NCBI GenBank assembly: GCA_019058445.1
Contig: JAHPZA010000009.1
Span: forward strand, 288,001 to 352,000
From: Promethearchaeota archaeon
Lineage (GTDB): Archaea > Asgardarchaeota > Lokiarchaeia > Sigyniarchaeales > SOKP01
Direction: 5' to 3'
Length of the DNA: 64,000 nt
Of this stretch, positions 1 to 10,523 are shown in pieces. Each line of letters begins with the position of its first letter. Position 1 is the stretch's first letter. The translations under genes and the position numbers were made by a program. The notes beneath the pieces were generated by a model that saw nothing but the letters and a program-made list of their open reading frames with translations, made no database searches and had not been told where the DNA came from.

Positions 1-2120
1 ACATCTGCTTGAGCTAGCGCCGGGGCGTCATTTATTCCATCTCCTACCATCGCAACGATTTTATTAGCTTGAGATTCCTGAAGATTTTTAATAGTAAGTG
101 CCTTTTCATTGGGTAAAACTTCTGCGAGAATATGGTTTTCATCAATACCTAAATCTTTTCCTATAATGAGGGCCGTTTGCTTGTTATCACCAGTAAGCAT
201 AAAAATATCCAAACCTAATTTTCTTAATTGTATTAAAGCATAAGGAGCCTGCTCTTTGATTTTATCTGAAATGCCAATGATTCCTTTCACTTCATTATCA
301 ATACTCACTAAGATTGTGGTTCTTCCTTCTTTTTGAAATTCATGAAACTTCTCCAGATAACCTTTTAAATTAAGATTATTGTCAGCTATCAACTTCTCGT
401 TTCCAATTAACACAGATTTGCCTTTAATTTCAGTTTTTATTCCTTTTCCCGGTATAGCATCAAATTCAATCGGAGTTTCAAGAGAAAGTCCATTTTGGTT
501 TGCTTCTTCAATAATTGCTTGCCCTAAAGGATGTTCAGAACCCATTTCAGCACTACCAGCATATAAAAGCAACTCCTTTGCATCAACCCCACTTCCTTTC
601 AAATCCCTCTCCGTAAAAATTGCAGAAACTTTAGGTTTTCCAATTGTTAGAGTACCAGTTTTATCAAAAACAATCGTATTGATATTATTAATTGATTCCA
701 AAGAGTCTCCTCCTTTAATCAATATTCCATTTTCGGCGCCTTTTCCAGTTCCTACCATAACAGCGGTTGGAATTGCTAATCCTAACGCACAAGGACACGA
801 TATAACAACAATCGAAGTAAAGACTAATAGAGACAATTCAAGGCCAATCCCGGCTATGAAATACCAAAATAAAAATGCTCCTGTAGCGATTAAAACAACG
901 GTCGGTACGAAATAATTACTCACTTTATCGGCAAGCTGCTGTTTCGCAGCCTTTCTGCTCTGAGCATCCTTTACGAATTCAATAATTTGAAAAAGGAGGG
1001 TATCTTTACCGATTTTTTCAGTAGTCATATGGATTAATCCTGTTTGATTAACAGTTGCTCCAATAACTTCAGAATCTATATCTTTTTTGACATATCGGCT
1101 TTCTCCCGTGATCATTGATTCATCTACCTTTGTTTTGCCTTTGATTATCCGACCATCTACTGGAATTTTTTCACCAGGCCTTACAACTAATACGTCACCT
1201 ACTTCAATTTCTTCAATAGGTATCTCTATTTCTTTCCCATCCTTTAAAAGAGTGGCAGTTTTCGCCTGCAATCCAATTAATTTCTTAATGGCTTCTGAAG
1301 TCTGACCTTTTGTTTTATGTTCAAAGTACTTTCCGATGAGTAGAAAGGTCAATATCATGCTCATAGCTTCATAGAACGTATTACCTTGTATGAAAAACGT
1401 AGTTAAAATTGAATATATCAAAGCTGTAGTTGTACCTAATGCTACTAATACGTCCATATTTGCTGATTTATTCTTAAGTGATTTAATCGCACCTTTTAGA
1501 AAAAAAGTTCCCGCAATGGAATACTGCCCAATTGCAAGAAAAAATAAGAACAAATTTCTCTCAAAGGAAGGTGTTACAAACCAACTTATAGGAGTAATTA
1601 TAAGCATAAAAATTAATGAAGTGATTAAAATTCTGAACCGATATCTCATCTCTTTTTTATGACGTTCGATATCTTTATCTAAAGCTCCCGCTGATTTTTC
1701 AATAGCATATCCTAAATTTTTAATTTCAGAGTAGAGCTTTGTTTCTCCGATCTGAAGTTCATTAAATTCAATGAATAATTTCTCCGCCTGATAATTACCT
1801 CTTACATCATAAACACCTGTTAGATCCTTAACTTGGGCAACTAAAGAATTAAATTCATTTTCAGAAATGGTATCAGTAACTTTAATATCAATTTTTGCTA
1901 GGGTTGCTTTATATCCTAAATCTCGAATCGCCTTATTAAAATCATTATAGTTAGTCGTATTTGGGTTATATTCTACAGTCGCCTCTTCGTTAGCAAAATT
2001 TACTACTGAAGAATTAACCCCATCTAAATTTTTTAATTTTGTCTCGATCTTAAAGGCACAAGACGCACATGTCATTCCACCAAGCTTAATTTTTACTTTT
2101 TCTTTAGAAGTATCTTCCAC
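1..2120 (-). CDS. copA: Cu(+)-translocating P1B-type ATPase, runs off the window at its 3' end (absent from the ORF track)
   Basis: Manual minus-strand translation from GTG at 2120 (GGTGA SD-like upstream): HMA motif GMTCASC, a second Cys-less HMA-like domain, TGE, SCPCA, DKTGT, TGDN and GDGINDAP. Confidence 0.95.
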   Translation of the reverse strand, partial: MEDTSKEKVKIKLGGMTCASCAFKIETKLKNLDGVNSSVVNFANEEATVEYNPNTTNYNDFNKAIRDLGYKATLAKIDIKVTDTISENEFNSLVAQVKDLTGVYDVRGNYQAEKLFIEFNELQIGETKLYSEIKNLGYAIEKSAGALDKDIERHKKEMRYRFRILITSLIFMLIITPISWFVTPSFERNLFLFFLAIGQYSIAGTFFLKGAIKSLKNKSANMDVLVALGTTTALIYSILTTFFIQGNTFYEAMSMILTFLLIGKYFEHKTKGQTSEAIKKLIGLQAKTATLLKDGKEIEIPIEEIEVGDVLVVRPGEKIPVDGRIIKGKTKVDESMITGESRYVKKDIDSEVIGATVNQTGLIHMTTEKIGKDTLLFQIIEFVKDAQSRKAAKQQLADKVSNYFVPTVVLIATGAFLFWYFIAGIGLELSLLVFTSIVVISCPCALGLAIPTAVMVGTGKGAENGILIKGGDSLESINNINTIVFDKTGTLTIGKPKVSAIFTERDLKGSGVDAKELLLYAGSAEMGSEHPLGQAIIEEANQNGLSLETPIEFDAIPGKGIKTEIKGKSVLIGNEKLIADNNLNLKGYLEKFHEFQKEGRTTILVSIDNEVKGIIGISDKIKEQAPYALIQLRKLGLDIFMLTGDNKQTALIIGKDLGIDENHILAEVLPNEKALTIKNLQESQANKIVAMVGDGINDAPALAQAD

Positions 2121-2273
2121 CTAAAATCACCCATTTACTCTTATTTTTCTAGATTTTATATTGATTTTTGTATTTTTTGTTTATAAATTGTAAATACTTG
2201 TCCTAATTCATAATTAAAAACTAAAAAAAAAGACTAATGATAGTATTTATTTTATAAATTAACATTGTTAGGC

Positions 2274-2591
2274 TCAAATTTCGCTCCCGCATTTTGGACA
2301 ATAATTAGATGTTTCACCATCTAATTTCTCTCCGCAATTAGGACAAAAGAAGGAACGATCTTGTAGTCTCTTATCAATTTTAGTCGCGAATGAGAGATTT
2401 TGACTAGATTGGTTTCTTAAATCATTATTATTCGAATAGTTATGTGATCCCCTATTTAGCACGTACAGAAGTATTACTACCAACAGAAGAAATATAATCC
2501 ATCCTGCTAATATATATAACCAATTTAGTGCACCCCCAGACATCCAATCCATCATATGATGCCCATCTCCATGCATTTCATCCAAAAACAT
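2274..2591 (-). CDS. Small membrane protein: His/Met-rich N-terminus, one TM helix, C-terminal zinc ribbon
   Basis: MHGDGHHMMDWM, hydrophobic helix, CPNCG...CPKCG; directly upstream of copA on the same strand. Confidence 0.8.
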   Translation of the reverse strand: MFLDEMHGDGHHMMDWMSGGALNWLYILAGWIIFLLLVVILLYVLNRGSHNYSNNNDLRNQSSQNLSFATKIDKRLQDRSFFCPNCGEKLDGETSNYCPKCGSEI

Positions 2592-2668
2592 AAAATCATC
2601 TCAACTCCTAATTTTTAACGTATTTTTTTTAGTTTTTATTTGATTTTTTTTAAATTTATTATCTTATG

Positions 2669-2690
2669 ATATATACTGAGTAGTATATAT
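2669..2690. promoter_or_regulatory. Perfect inverted repeat, candidate operator of the PadR-TRASH regulator
   Basis: ATATATACT-GAGT-AGTATATAT in the divergent intergenic region between the copper genes and the regulator. Confidence 0.6.
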
Positions 2691-2768
2691 TTAAACATGA
2701 TTATTATAAAATATATACGAAATTTTTAATATGCGAAAATCTCATATTTTAAATAGTGAGAGCTGAAA

Positions 2769-3212
2769 ATGACTGAAACCCAAGATATAAAAATTCAAAG
2801 TATAACAAGATTCTATATCCTATTATTACTAAAATCGAAAAATAGACTTACTGGATACAAGATTATTAATCGGCTAAAAGAGGACTTAGGCACGACAGCA
2901 AGTCCTACAAGCATTTATGATTTTTTAAAGACCCTTAAAGAAAAAGGATATATTGAAGATATTCAGAAAAAAAAAGCCGGTCGTGTAAAAGGAATTAAAT
3001 TAACTTCTGCAGGTGATGAATTTATTGATAAGATTTTTTCAAGATTTAACAATTTAATCGAAGCGGCAGTTGAGTCAAAGTTAAAAATATGTGCCAGTTG
3101 TGGCGTAAAATTATATGATAACTATTACACCGAAGTAGTTGATGGGAAAGAAATGAATTTTTGCTGTATACACTGCGCAAAAGCATATAAAAATTCTAAC
3201 ATTGAACATTAA
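2769..3212 (+). CDS. PadR-family wHTH regulator fused to a TRASH-like metal-binding domain
   Basis: PadR pattern (TGYKII...SPTSIYDFLKTLKEKGYI); C-terminal CASCG...FCCIHC. Confidence 0.85.
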   Translation: MTETQDIKIQSITRFYILLLLKSKNRLTGYKIINRLKEDLGTTASPTSIYDFLKTLKEKGYIEDIQKKKAGRVKGIKLTSAGDEFIDKIFSRFNNLIEAAVESKLKICASCGVKLYDNYYTEVVDGKEMNFCCIHCAKAYKNSNIEH

Positions 3213-3312
3213 GAATTAAATATTCTATATCTCTTTATTTTTATCTTAAAATAGAGAGGAAAAATAAAGCCAGACGATAAATTAATCATTGGTTGTAAGT
3301 TAATTATGTAAA

Positions 3313-3675
3313 TTACTTTTCACGATACTTTTTTATAGCATCTTGTAAAGCATCTGCAGCTAAATTGCTACAATGTAATTTAATAGGTGGAAGTCCATCT
3401 AACGCATCGGCTACATCATTTCTCGTAATTTTCATTGCCTCATCTAATGTTTTTCCTTTTGCTAACTCGGTAATCATGCTCGATGTCGCAATGGCAGCAG
3501 CACATCCAAAAGTTTGAAATGAAATATCATCAATTTTATCGTCTTTTACCTTAATGTAAATATACATTAAATCTCCACATACAGGATTTCCATGTTCTCC
3601 CACAGCATCAGCATCTTCCAATTCTCCCATGTTTCTGGGATTCTTGAAATGCTCCATAACCTTTTCTGAATAAAT
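3313..3675 (-). CDS. iscU: Fe-S cluster scaffold IscU/NifU; probable ATT start at 3675 (first ATG is at 3657)
   Basis: GNPVCGD, FQTFGC and LPPIKLHCS motifs; in-frame upstream (I)YSEKVMEHF matches the family N-terminus. Confidence 0.93.
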   Translation of the reverse strand: MYSEKVMEHFKNPRNMGELEDADAVGEHGNPVCGDLMYIYIKVKDDKIDDISFQTFGCAAAIATSSMITELAKGKTLDEAMKITRNDVADALDGLPPIKLHCSNLAADALQDAIKKYREK

Positions 3676-3901
3676 TCTTGACCACCTTAAAAAAATTCTT
3701 TCTACAATATCTAAAATGAGATAAAATGATTTAAAATTTAATGTTTATAGCTCATAAAAGATCTTAATAATATTATTTATTGAAATAATTTATTTCCAAG
3801 AAAAAGTATAGAAAAACTAGGGATTACAACTAAAATAAAGAAAGTTTATAAAGAATTCTAATAAGTTTCTTAAATAAACTTTTTTTTGAAATTAATTAAA
3901 T

Positions 3902-5038
3902 TTAGCCTACAATTCTCCTGAAAATCCTTAAGAAATTTTCACCTGCGATCTTCTTTATTTCTTGATCGCTATAGCCCCTATCAATCAATCCTTTAATAAA
4001 ATTGGGGAATTTAGCATAGCTCTCGAATCCTTTGACTTTATTTGAAAAGCTTGCTTTGTGTTCAGGTCTAAATCCGAGAATATCTAAGAATTCGCTTATT
4101 TTTGCAGCTAAGTTGTCTGGAGCGGAAAATCCGTAGAAATCAGTTCCAATACCCACATGATCAATCCCTATTAGACTTACAATATAATCAACATGATCCA
4201 GCCAATCATCTATTGTAGTGTCTGCTCTCGTTGTCAAAAAGCCCGCAACAGCTAAAACTCCTATATATCCTCCTTTTTCAGCTACTGCTTGTAAAAATTC
4301 ATCAGGTTTTCCTCTATCGTGTTCATATAACTTTTTTGAAAATGTATGAGAGCAAATAATCGGATCTCTTGAATGCTCTAAGGCATCTGTCGATGTTTGA
4401 ATACCACAATGAGATACATCGACAATCGCTCCTAAATCATTTATCTTTTCAACTACATTTAATCCAAATTCTGTAAGCCCTCTGTCTCTTCTAGCGGTGC
4501 ACCCTGTCCCCACTGGATTTTTAGAATTATAAGTCAACTGCATTATTCTAAATCCTTTCATATAATATAATTCTACTAAATCAATATCTGTTCCAATATG
4601 TTCCATCGACTGAAAGTTTAGGATAATTCCTTTTTTCTTTTCTTTAAAGGCATTTTCAATATCGTCTGCTTTTAATATCTTTACAAAAAAATCCTTTCTA
4701 TTATCAAGTATGTATGTCATAAAGGAAAAATTATGAAATACGCCTTCAAATGAATATGGTTTTTTGTATAAGGGTCCTAGAGTAAAGCTCACACAATTCG
4801 AACCTGATTCATTCCACGCATCCTTATATTTTGAAAAATAATCATCATCTGAAACAATGTTCCTTGCGAACTTTATCATAAGTTCAGGTACAATCTCCCA
4901 AGGATTCATTTCTAAAGCTAACATCTCATCGCTTGCTTTCACGAGGTCTTCTGTCCAAGGTATTGGCCCATGACTAAGAGAATCAATAATAATGGAGGAT
5001 TCCATCAATTTTGCCGTTCTATCTTCTTTTTCACTCAT
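3902..5038 (-). CDS. Membrane dipeptidase family (peptidase M19)
   Basis: QLTYN, VDVSH, SHT, HVGIGTDF and GENFLR motifs. Confidence 0.9.
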   Translation of the reverse strand: MSEKEDRTAKLMESSIIIDSLSHGPIPWTEDLVKASDEMLALEMNPWEIVPELMIKFARNIVSDDDYFSKYKDAWNESGSNCVSFTLGPLYKKPYSFEGVFHNFSFMTYILDNRKDFFVKILKADDIENAFKEKKKGIILNFQSMEHIGTDIDLVELYYMKGFRIMQLTYNSKNPVGTGCTARRDRGLTEFGLNVVEKINDLGAIVDVSHCGIQTSTDALEHSRDPIICSHTFSKKLYEHDRGKPDEFLQAVAEKGGYIGVLAVAGFLTTRADTTIDDWLDHVDYIVSLIGIDHVGIGTDFYGFSAPDNLAAKISEFLDILGFRPEHKASFSNKVKGFESYAKFPNFIKGLIDRGYSDQEIKKIAGENFLRIFRRIVG

Positions 5039-5184
5039 AATTTCACATCAAATTTAATTTAATTAATAATATCTTCCTTTCATAATTATATAATTTCTTT
5101 TGTTAATAGCAATATCTATAATTTCGAGAATATTTTATAAATTGAAAAATTAAATATTAATTAATAATAAATTCGGGAATAATT

Positions 5185-5910
5185 ATGGCTTTAACAACTT
5201 TGGATATTGTAAATGGCATTTTTGGTCTGTTGTTTGTTGGAATTTCAATAATTTTAGGAATAATTATTGTGTTAAAGTATTTCAAAACTAGGGATACTAA
5301 TTTTCTTTTAGTAGGATTTACTTGGATCCTACTTATTAGTGGGTGGTTCGGGACGAGCGTCTCTTTCTTAGTAGCTTTAATAACAGGTGGTGATGGCCTT
5401 TCATTAGAAATGATTTTGCTTTTGAATTTTATTCCGCTACCTATAGGTCTTGTCTTATGGACAATTGCCTTTACAAATTTCTTATATAAAGAAAAACAAG
5501 GATTAATTCTACTGTTTGTTGGTATTTATATCATCATATTTTATTCAGTTTTTCTTTATTTTATATTTACAGACCCTCTCGTAATTGCGGAGAAGATCTC
5601 ACCTGTAGATACCGCTGCAAGAAACATAGGGTTTGCAGTGTTTCTAATCATCTTTATAGCGATTTTCCTTTCTACAGGTATTAAGTTTGCGTTAGAGACT
5701 CTGAAGATTGACGATCCTGAAACGAAATTGAAAGGAAAATTACTCTTAATGGCATTTCCCTCATTTTGTATCGCTGGATTTTTAGATGCTTCAATTCCTA
5801 CAACAGCACTAACCTTAATAATCTTTAGGACAATTTTAATAATAAGTGCGGTTTTATTTTACGGGGGTTTCGTCTTACCAGAATGGATGAAGAAAATATT
5901 TTTAAAATAA
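5185..5910 (+). CDS. Uncharacterised ~7-TM membrane protein
   Basis: About seven hydrophobic segments; C-terminal GFVLPEWMKK. Confidence 0.75.
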   Translation: MALTTLDIVNGIFGLLFVGISIILGIIIVLKYFKTRDTNFLLVGFTWILLISGWFGTSVSFLVALITGGDGLSLEMILLLNFIPLPIGLVLWTIAFTNFLYKEKQGLILLFVGIYIIIFYSVFLYFIFTDPLVIAEKISPVDTAARNIGFAVFLIIFIAIFLSTGIKFALETLKIDDPETKLKGKLLLMAFPSFCIAGFLDASIPTTALTLIIFRTILIISAVLFYGGFVLPEWMKKIFLK

Positions 5911-6260
5911 TTATTTTTACAAATCCAGAATATATAGTGGACAATGAATTATCACGAGTTATTTAGAACTCAAACCATCAACAACAATCAATTTTGAAAT
6001 TTTTCAGATAAATTTGATTTTATATTTTAAATTATTTTTTTGTTTATTTATTTTATCAGATTGTTTGAAAATTATTTCTATAAGAATATATAATCCCTAA
6101 TATAAATTATAGCAATTAATTTAATTATTTTTATTTTTACATTAAAAATTAAAAACATTTTTATATATAATGAAACTAATAGTTCTCAATAAATTAATTG
6201 AAATTCATATTCATTTACAATATCTGATTAATACAATATAGCAAATTTACTGATATTGTT

Positions 6261-7457
6261 ATGTCCATCGTTTCTAATAAGGCCAATAAGAAAAATCAAA
6301 TTTATTTATTTGGAATTATCATTCTATTTGTGTTATTGGCATTTATAAAGAGTAATTTAAGCATAAATTTAATAAAAACTGACGAATTTATTGAAGCTGA
6401 CAGAGCCAATGATTTAAAGAGTCGAAAAACCTCGGGTTTTTGGGGTCCAAATGAAGTTTCCTATATTCATATTAATAATAATTGGACAGATGCAAGAAAT
6501 AACCTTCCTTGGGTTCAAGGGGGAGATGGATCATGGGATAATCCATTTTATATAGAAAATGTCACAATAGACGCGAGTGATTCACCTACGGGTAGTGGAA
6601 TTCTTATAGAAAATTCCATTGTGTATTTTAGAATTGAAAATTGTACTATTTATAATTCTGACTATGGTGAAGAATACGCAGGAATTCAATTGAGAAATAC
6701 ATACAATTCAAAAATAATTGATAATATAGTAAATGATAATAATTATCGTGGAATAGCTTTATCCAACTGTTATAACAACACAATTTTGGGAAACATAGCA
6801 AATGATAACTTTTTCAATGGAATATTTTTAGGTTCTTGTTATAATAACAATATATCAAACAACTATGCTAATTACAATAAAGAACATAGTGGGATTTTTT
6901 TATGGGGTTGCAATAATAACACTATCTCAGGAAATAACGCAAATTCTAATGTACATAACGGTATATTTTTACAATTTAGTAATTATAATAATGTTTCGGG
7001 AAACACAGCAAATTACAACCAACACGCAGGGATAGTATTGGGAAATAGTAATTATAATAATATTATCGGAAATGTTTTAATCAACAATGAATTGGGAATA
7101 GAGGAAATCGATTTATGCATAGGAAACATAATTAGAAATAATATCATTCACGATCGTGAGGATAATGGTGATGACGACGATGATGGTAATGATACTATAG
7201 AAAATGAAACTCTCTTTGTCATATTAATTATTTTTATTATTATTTCTTTAATTTGTGGAGGATTTAGTATTATAATAGGAAGGAAATCTGAAAATTTAGA
7301 TGATGAACCTAAACTTGATTCTTCTGAGTTAGAAAAGGAGAAAGTTATTGAAGAAGAATATATCCTTTGCGATTTATGTGGCGAAAAAATAAAAAAGGGT
7401 AGTGAAAAATGTTCATATTGTGGTAGTCTTCTTTTAGGAATTAGTGATGATGACTAA
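6261..7457 (+). CDS. NosD/CASH parallel beta-helix surface protein with TM anchor and C-terminal zinc ribbon
   Basis: N-terminal hydrophobic segment, GI.L..S.NN.I..N repeats, acidic linker, TM helix, CDLCG...CSYCG. Confidence 0.85.
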   Translation: MSIVSNKANKKNQIYLFGIIILFVLLAFIKSNLSINLIKTDEFIEADRANDLKSRKTSGFWGPNEVSYIHINNNWTDARNNLPWVQGGDGSWDNPFYIENVTIDASDSPTGSGILIENSIVYFRIENCTIYNSDYGEEYAGIQLRNTYNSKIIDNIVNDNNYRGIALSNCYNNTILGNIANDNFFNGIFLGSCYNNNISNNYANYNKEHSGIFLWGCNNNTISGNNANSNVHNGIFLQFSNYNNVSGNTANYNQHAGIVLGNSNYNNIIGNVLINNELGIEEIDLCIGNIIRNNIIHDREDNGDDDDDGNDTIENETLFVILIIFIIISLICGGFSIIIGRKSENLDDEPKLDSSELEKEKVIEEEYILCDLCGEKIKKGSEKCSYCGSLLLGISDDD

Positions 7458-7828
7458 CCTTTCAAAATTTTATTGTAATTACTATTTATTATAAATTTTC
7501 GTAGAAAATCTGAAGTAAATCCCTAAATATGGTCAAATTTAGTTAAAATTGATAGCAGAGAAAGAAGAGATTGATTAGGTATTATTTCCGATTTTGATCA
7601 ATGGTTTCATTTTGTGCAAAATAGTAAAGATTATAAAATAATTTAAGTTATATTCGAAATGGAGCTTATTTAACATTGAATTAAAATTTGTGCTAAATCT
7701 GGCATATTTATGCTCCTAAATCAATGAAAATAAAGGATTTTAACTTTTTTGATGAATTCCATAATTAAATAAAAAGAGTATCTTTATTATGATTATTTAT
7801 TTCATTAATTTTTTAACAACTATTCAGC

Positions 7829-10294
7829 TTAGTTAAGTATCATTAACTTTCTCTTATGAGGTACAGATACTTTTTCAACAAAATCAAAAGAAATATCCAC
7901 TTCTCTCGCAACATCAATTAAGGCTTTTGGAGATTGGTGAAAAAAGCAAACTTCTTTCGGTTCAAGACTTTTAATCATTTCTCGTAATTGTGTGCGATCG
8001 CCATGAAGTTTAATCTTTATTTGGGGAGCAAAGGAATTTATTAGTAATGCCCGAAATGGCATTTTCCAGGTCTCAGAAAAAGTAATTTCTTTTACATCTG
8101 ATTTATCTTCTGGATCAGGAGGGGTTATTAACTCCAATCCCGGTTCTTCATGGATAGCCCCTGATAGAAATACCATATTATGGGGATTCCTCCCGATTAT
8201 ATTTATGATATTTCTTATGATTCCATATGAGAGATCGGGAGGATGAGAAATGATGATATTATTTTTTTTGCGTAAAAAATCCAGATCATTAATGTCGAAC
8301 CATCTAAACTTAATAGAATTGAATGGATTTGCTTTATCGCGGATTAAGCGAGATATCGGACCATAAATATATTCATATCTATGATTAATGACTTGGATAT
8401 TCTTTCGAACCATTTGATCAACATAAATATTAGGTCTTTTCTTGTAATCTTTTTTCAATTGGAGCTTTCTAAAATATCTCCAAAAAATAAGCATGAATGT
8501 TATTGCTAAGCTCGATGGATCCGCACCTATTAAGCTATTATCTTCATATTCTGCCTTCTGCTCCAAAAACAATATGAGACTATGAAACTGATCCGAGATA
8601 TTGCCGAAATCTTCTTGAGCGCTTGAGGCATCTATTAACAAAAAATCGATTGGACGGGAAATCTGTTCTAAAAATCTTCTGGTACCTGCAAATGGTGTAA
8701 TGTCATAATAAGTATAATCTCCAGTAAATAAAAAGCGAAAATTCTGCACTTTAGCTAACATCATTAGCGCTCCCGGCATGTGTCCAGCATGGTAAAATGA
8801 TAAATAACATCCTTTATCCTTGAATTCAATCTTATCCCCGTTTTCCACATAAATTACATTTCGAACAATATTTACATAGTCTTGATCTTCGATCTCTTCT
8901 TGACTCTCTTGCTTTAAATATTCAGAATCTCTTAAGATATATAAATCCAAGGTAATTCTTGAGCATAAAATAGGTACTTCTGGATTTAATTTAATAAACT
9001 CTTTTACTCCAGAGATATGATCAAAATGACTATGCGAAATAAAGATTGCATCTATTTTTGGTTTATAGGATAGCTCTTTATTATTACCAGTATTCGAACC
9101 ATTTTTTTCTTCAATTTTTATAATTTTTTCATCCTTGCTCATTTCAGTTTCATCATGTTCATCAGCTTTTTCTTCCAAAGTAAGTTCAAGATCTTGAATG
9201 CTCTGAGATTCGGGTGGCTTTTCCTCTTCATTTAAAAACTCAGTTATTATTTTCCTAGTATCCTTACTATCTGCTATTATTTGATCGAAATTGGTTTTAT
9301 AGGTTTCAATATATTCAAAATATTCTTCTGTTATCCCACAGTCCAATAATATGTTTAACTTACCTAGTCCTAAAATTAGAGAATTATGATTTGGTTTCAG
9401 AGCAATCGGATAAAGACTCACTCTAATTTTTTCATCGGTGCCAATTCCATTCTTAAGGGATATCTCTTTAAAATAGTTTTCGTCAAATTTTCTTTCAATC
9501 TTGTCGACAGCAACTGAAACTTCACTTTTCCCGACTGGTACACCTGTAATATAGAAGTACCATCCATATAAATTGACCAATTTATCTAAATTATCATACA
9601 TTTTATCTCCGATTAGAGATTTTACAACAATTACCTTCTCCTGCATGTAATAAATAATTTTAGCTATGGAATTTTTTTCTTTATGGGGAATATCCTCATT
9701 TTTAAGAAAGAAATCATCTAAAACTTCTTTAATTGGTTTTTGTGGAATTTTTTTTGATTTTATCTTTTTAAAATACTTAAAATATTCTTTTGTCTTATAC
9801 AACGGTCGCATATTTTCTTTTTGTTTAAGAATAATATTCGTATTATCGAATTGATAATTCTCTACTTTGATAGTGTTCTCTTCTTTCCTCAACTTTTTTT
9901 CAGATTTTTTGGATTTTCTGGATTTTATTGGTTTTTTTTCTTTGAAACGTTTATCAGATTCAGACACAAAAAAAAACCATCCATATGCTTTAACTAGTTT
10001 ATCCCGATTCCAAATTATATCTCTCCCGGTTTTCGTGATGGCAACAATTACACGATCCTTTAGAGAATATAATATTTTTTGTATGGAGTTCTTTACTTTT
10101 GAGTTTATTATTTTATTTTCATTGGAAAAAAAGTGAATTAATACTTCTTTAATATCTTTTTGAGGAATTTTTTGCTCTTCCATTAATTTCAATTTTTGAT
10201 TATAAGACTTAATTTTAAAAGAGGATCCTAATTTCGTTAATTCTTCTATTGAAATTGAGCGATCATTAATTTTAAATTCCTCTTTTATCATCAA
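7829..10294 (-). CDS. Metallo-beta-lactamase / beta-CASP nuclease with a duplicated N-terminal domain
   Basis: LDCG, SHSHFDH, HAGHMPGA, FTGD, LHGD and FFH motifs. Confidence 0.85.
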   Translation of the reverse strand: MMIKEEFKINDRSISIEELTKLGSSFKIKSYNQKLKLMEEQKIPQKDIKEVLIHFFSNENKIINSKVKNSIQKILYSLKDRVIVAITKTGRDIIWNRDKLVKAYGWFFFVSESDKRFKEKKPIKSRKSKKSEKKLRKEENTIKVENYQFDNTNIILKQKENMRPLYKTKEYFKYFKKIKSKKIPQKPIKEVLDDFFLKNEDIPHKEKNSIAKIIYYMQEKVIVVKSLIGDKMYDNLDKLVNLYGWYFYITGVPVGKSEVSVAVDKIERKFDENYFKEISLKNGIGTDEKIRVSLYPIALKPNHNSLILGLGKLNILLDCGITEEYFEYIETYKTNFDQIIADSKDTRKIITEFLNEEEKPPESQSIQDLELTLEEKADEHDETEMSKDEKIIKIEEKNGSNTGNNKELSYKPKIDAIFISHSHFDHISGVKEFIKLNPEVPILCSRITLDLYILRDSEYLKQESQEEIEDQDYVNIVRNVIYVENGDKIEFKDKGCYLSFYHAGHMPGALMMLAKVQNFRFLFTGDYTYYDITPFAGTRRFLEQISRPIDFLLIDASSAQEDFGNISDQFHSLILFLEQKAEYEDNSLIGADPSSLAITFMLIFWRYFRKLQLKKDYKKRPNIYVDQMVRKNIQVINHRYEYIYGPISRLIRDKANPFNSIKFRWFDINDLDFLRKKNNIIISHPPDLSYGIIRNIINIIGRNPHNMVFLSGAIHEEPGLELITPPDPEDKSDVKEITFSETWKMPFRALLINSFAPQIKIKLHGDRTQLREMIKSLEPKEVCFFHQSPKALIDVAREVDISFDFVEKVSVPHKRKLMILN

Positions 10295-10523
10295 TTAATG
10301 CAAATTTTCGATACAAAAAATTCTTACGATTTTTCTAAAAATCAATTTTTCAAATTTAAACGTAAATTTAAGTTATTTAAAAAATGCATGTATTATCATT
10401 ATTTTTTTGTTGTTCTTAATTTATAATTTATTTTCTATTGATTTGCATAACTTTAAAAATACGTAATGCATTATTGTTTGATTTTCGAATAAAATTTAAG
10501 TTTAAAAATAGCAAGTATAGCTG

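Noticed and set aside
379-1662. Three plus-strand ORFs (178, 72 and 90 aa)
   Set aside because: Antisense shadows of copA
7480-7780. Possible gene remnant in a long intergenic region
   Set aside because: Only short stop-interrupted frames with no recognisable motif
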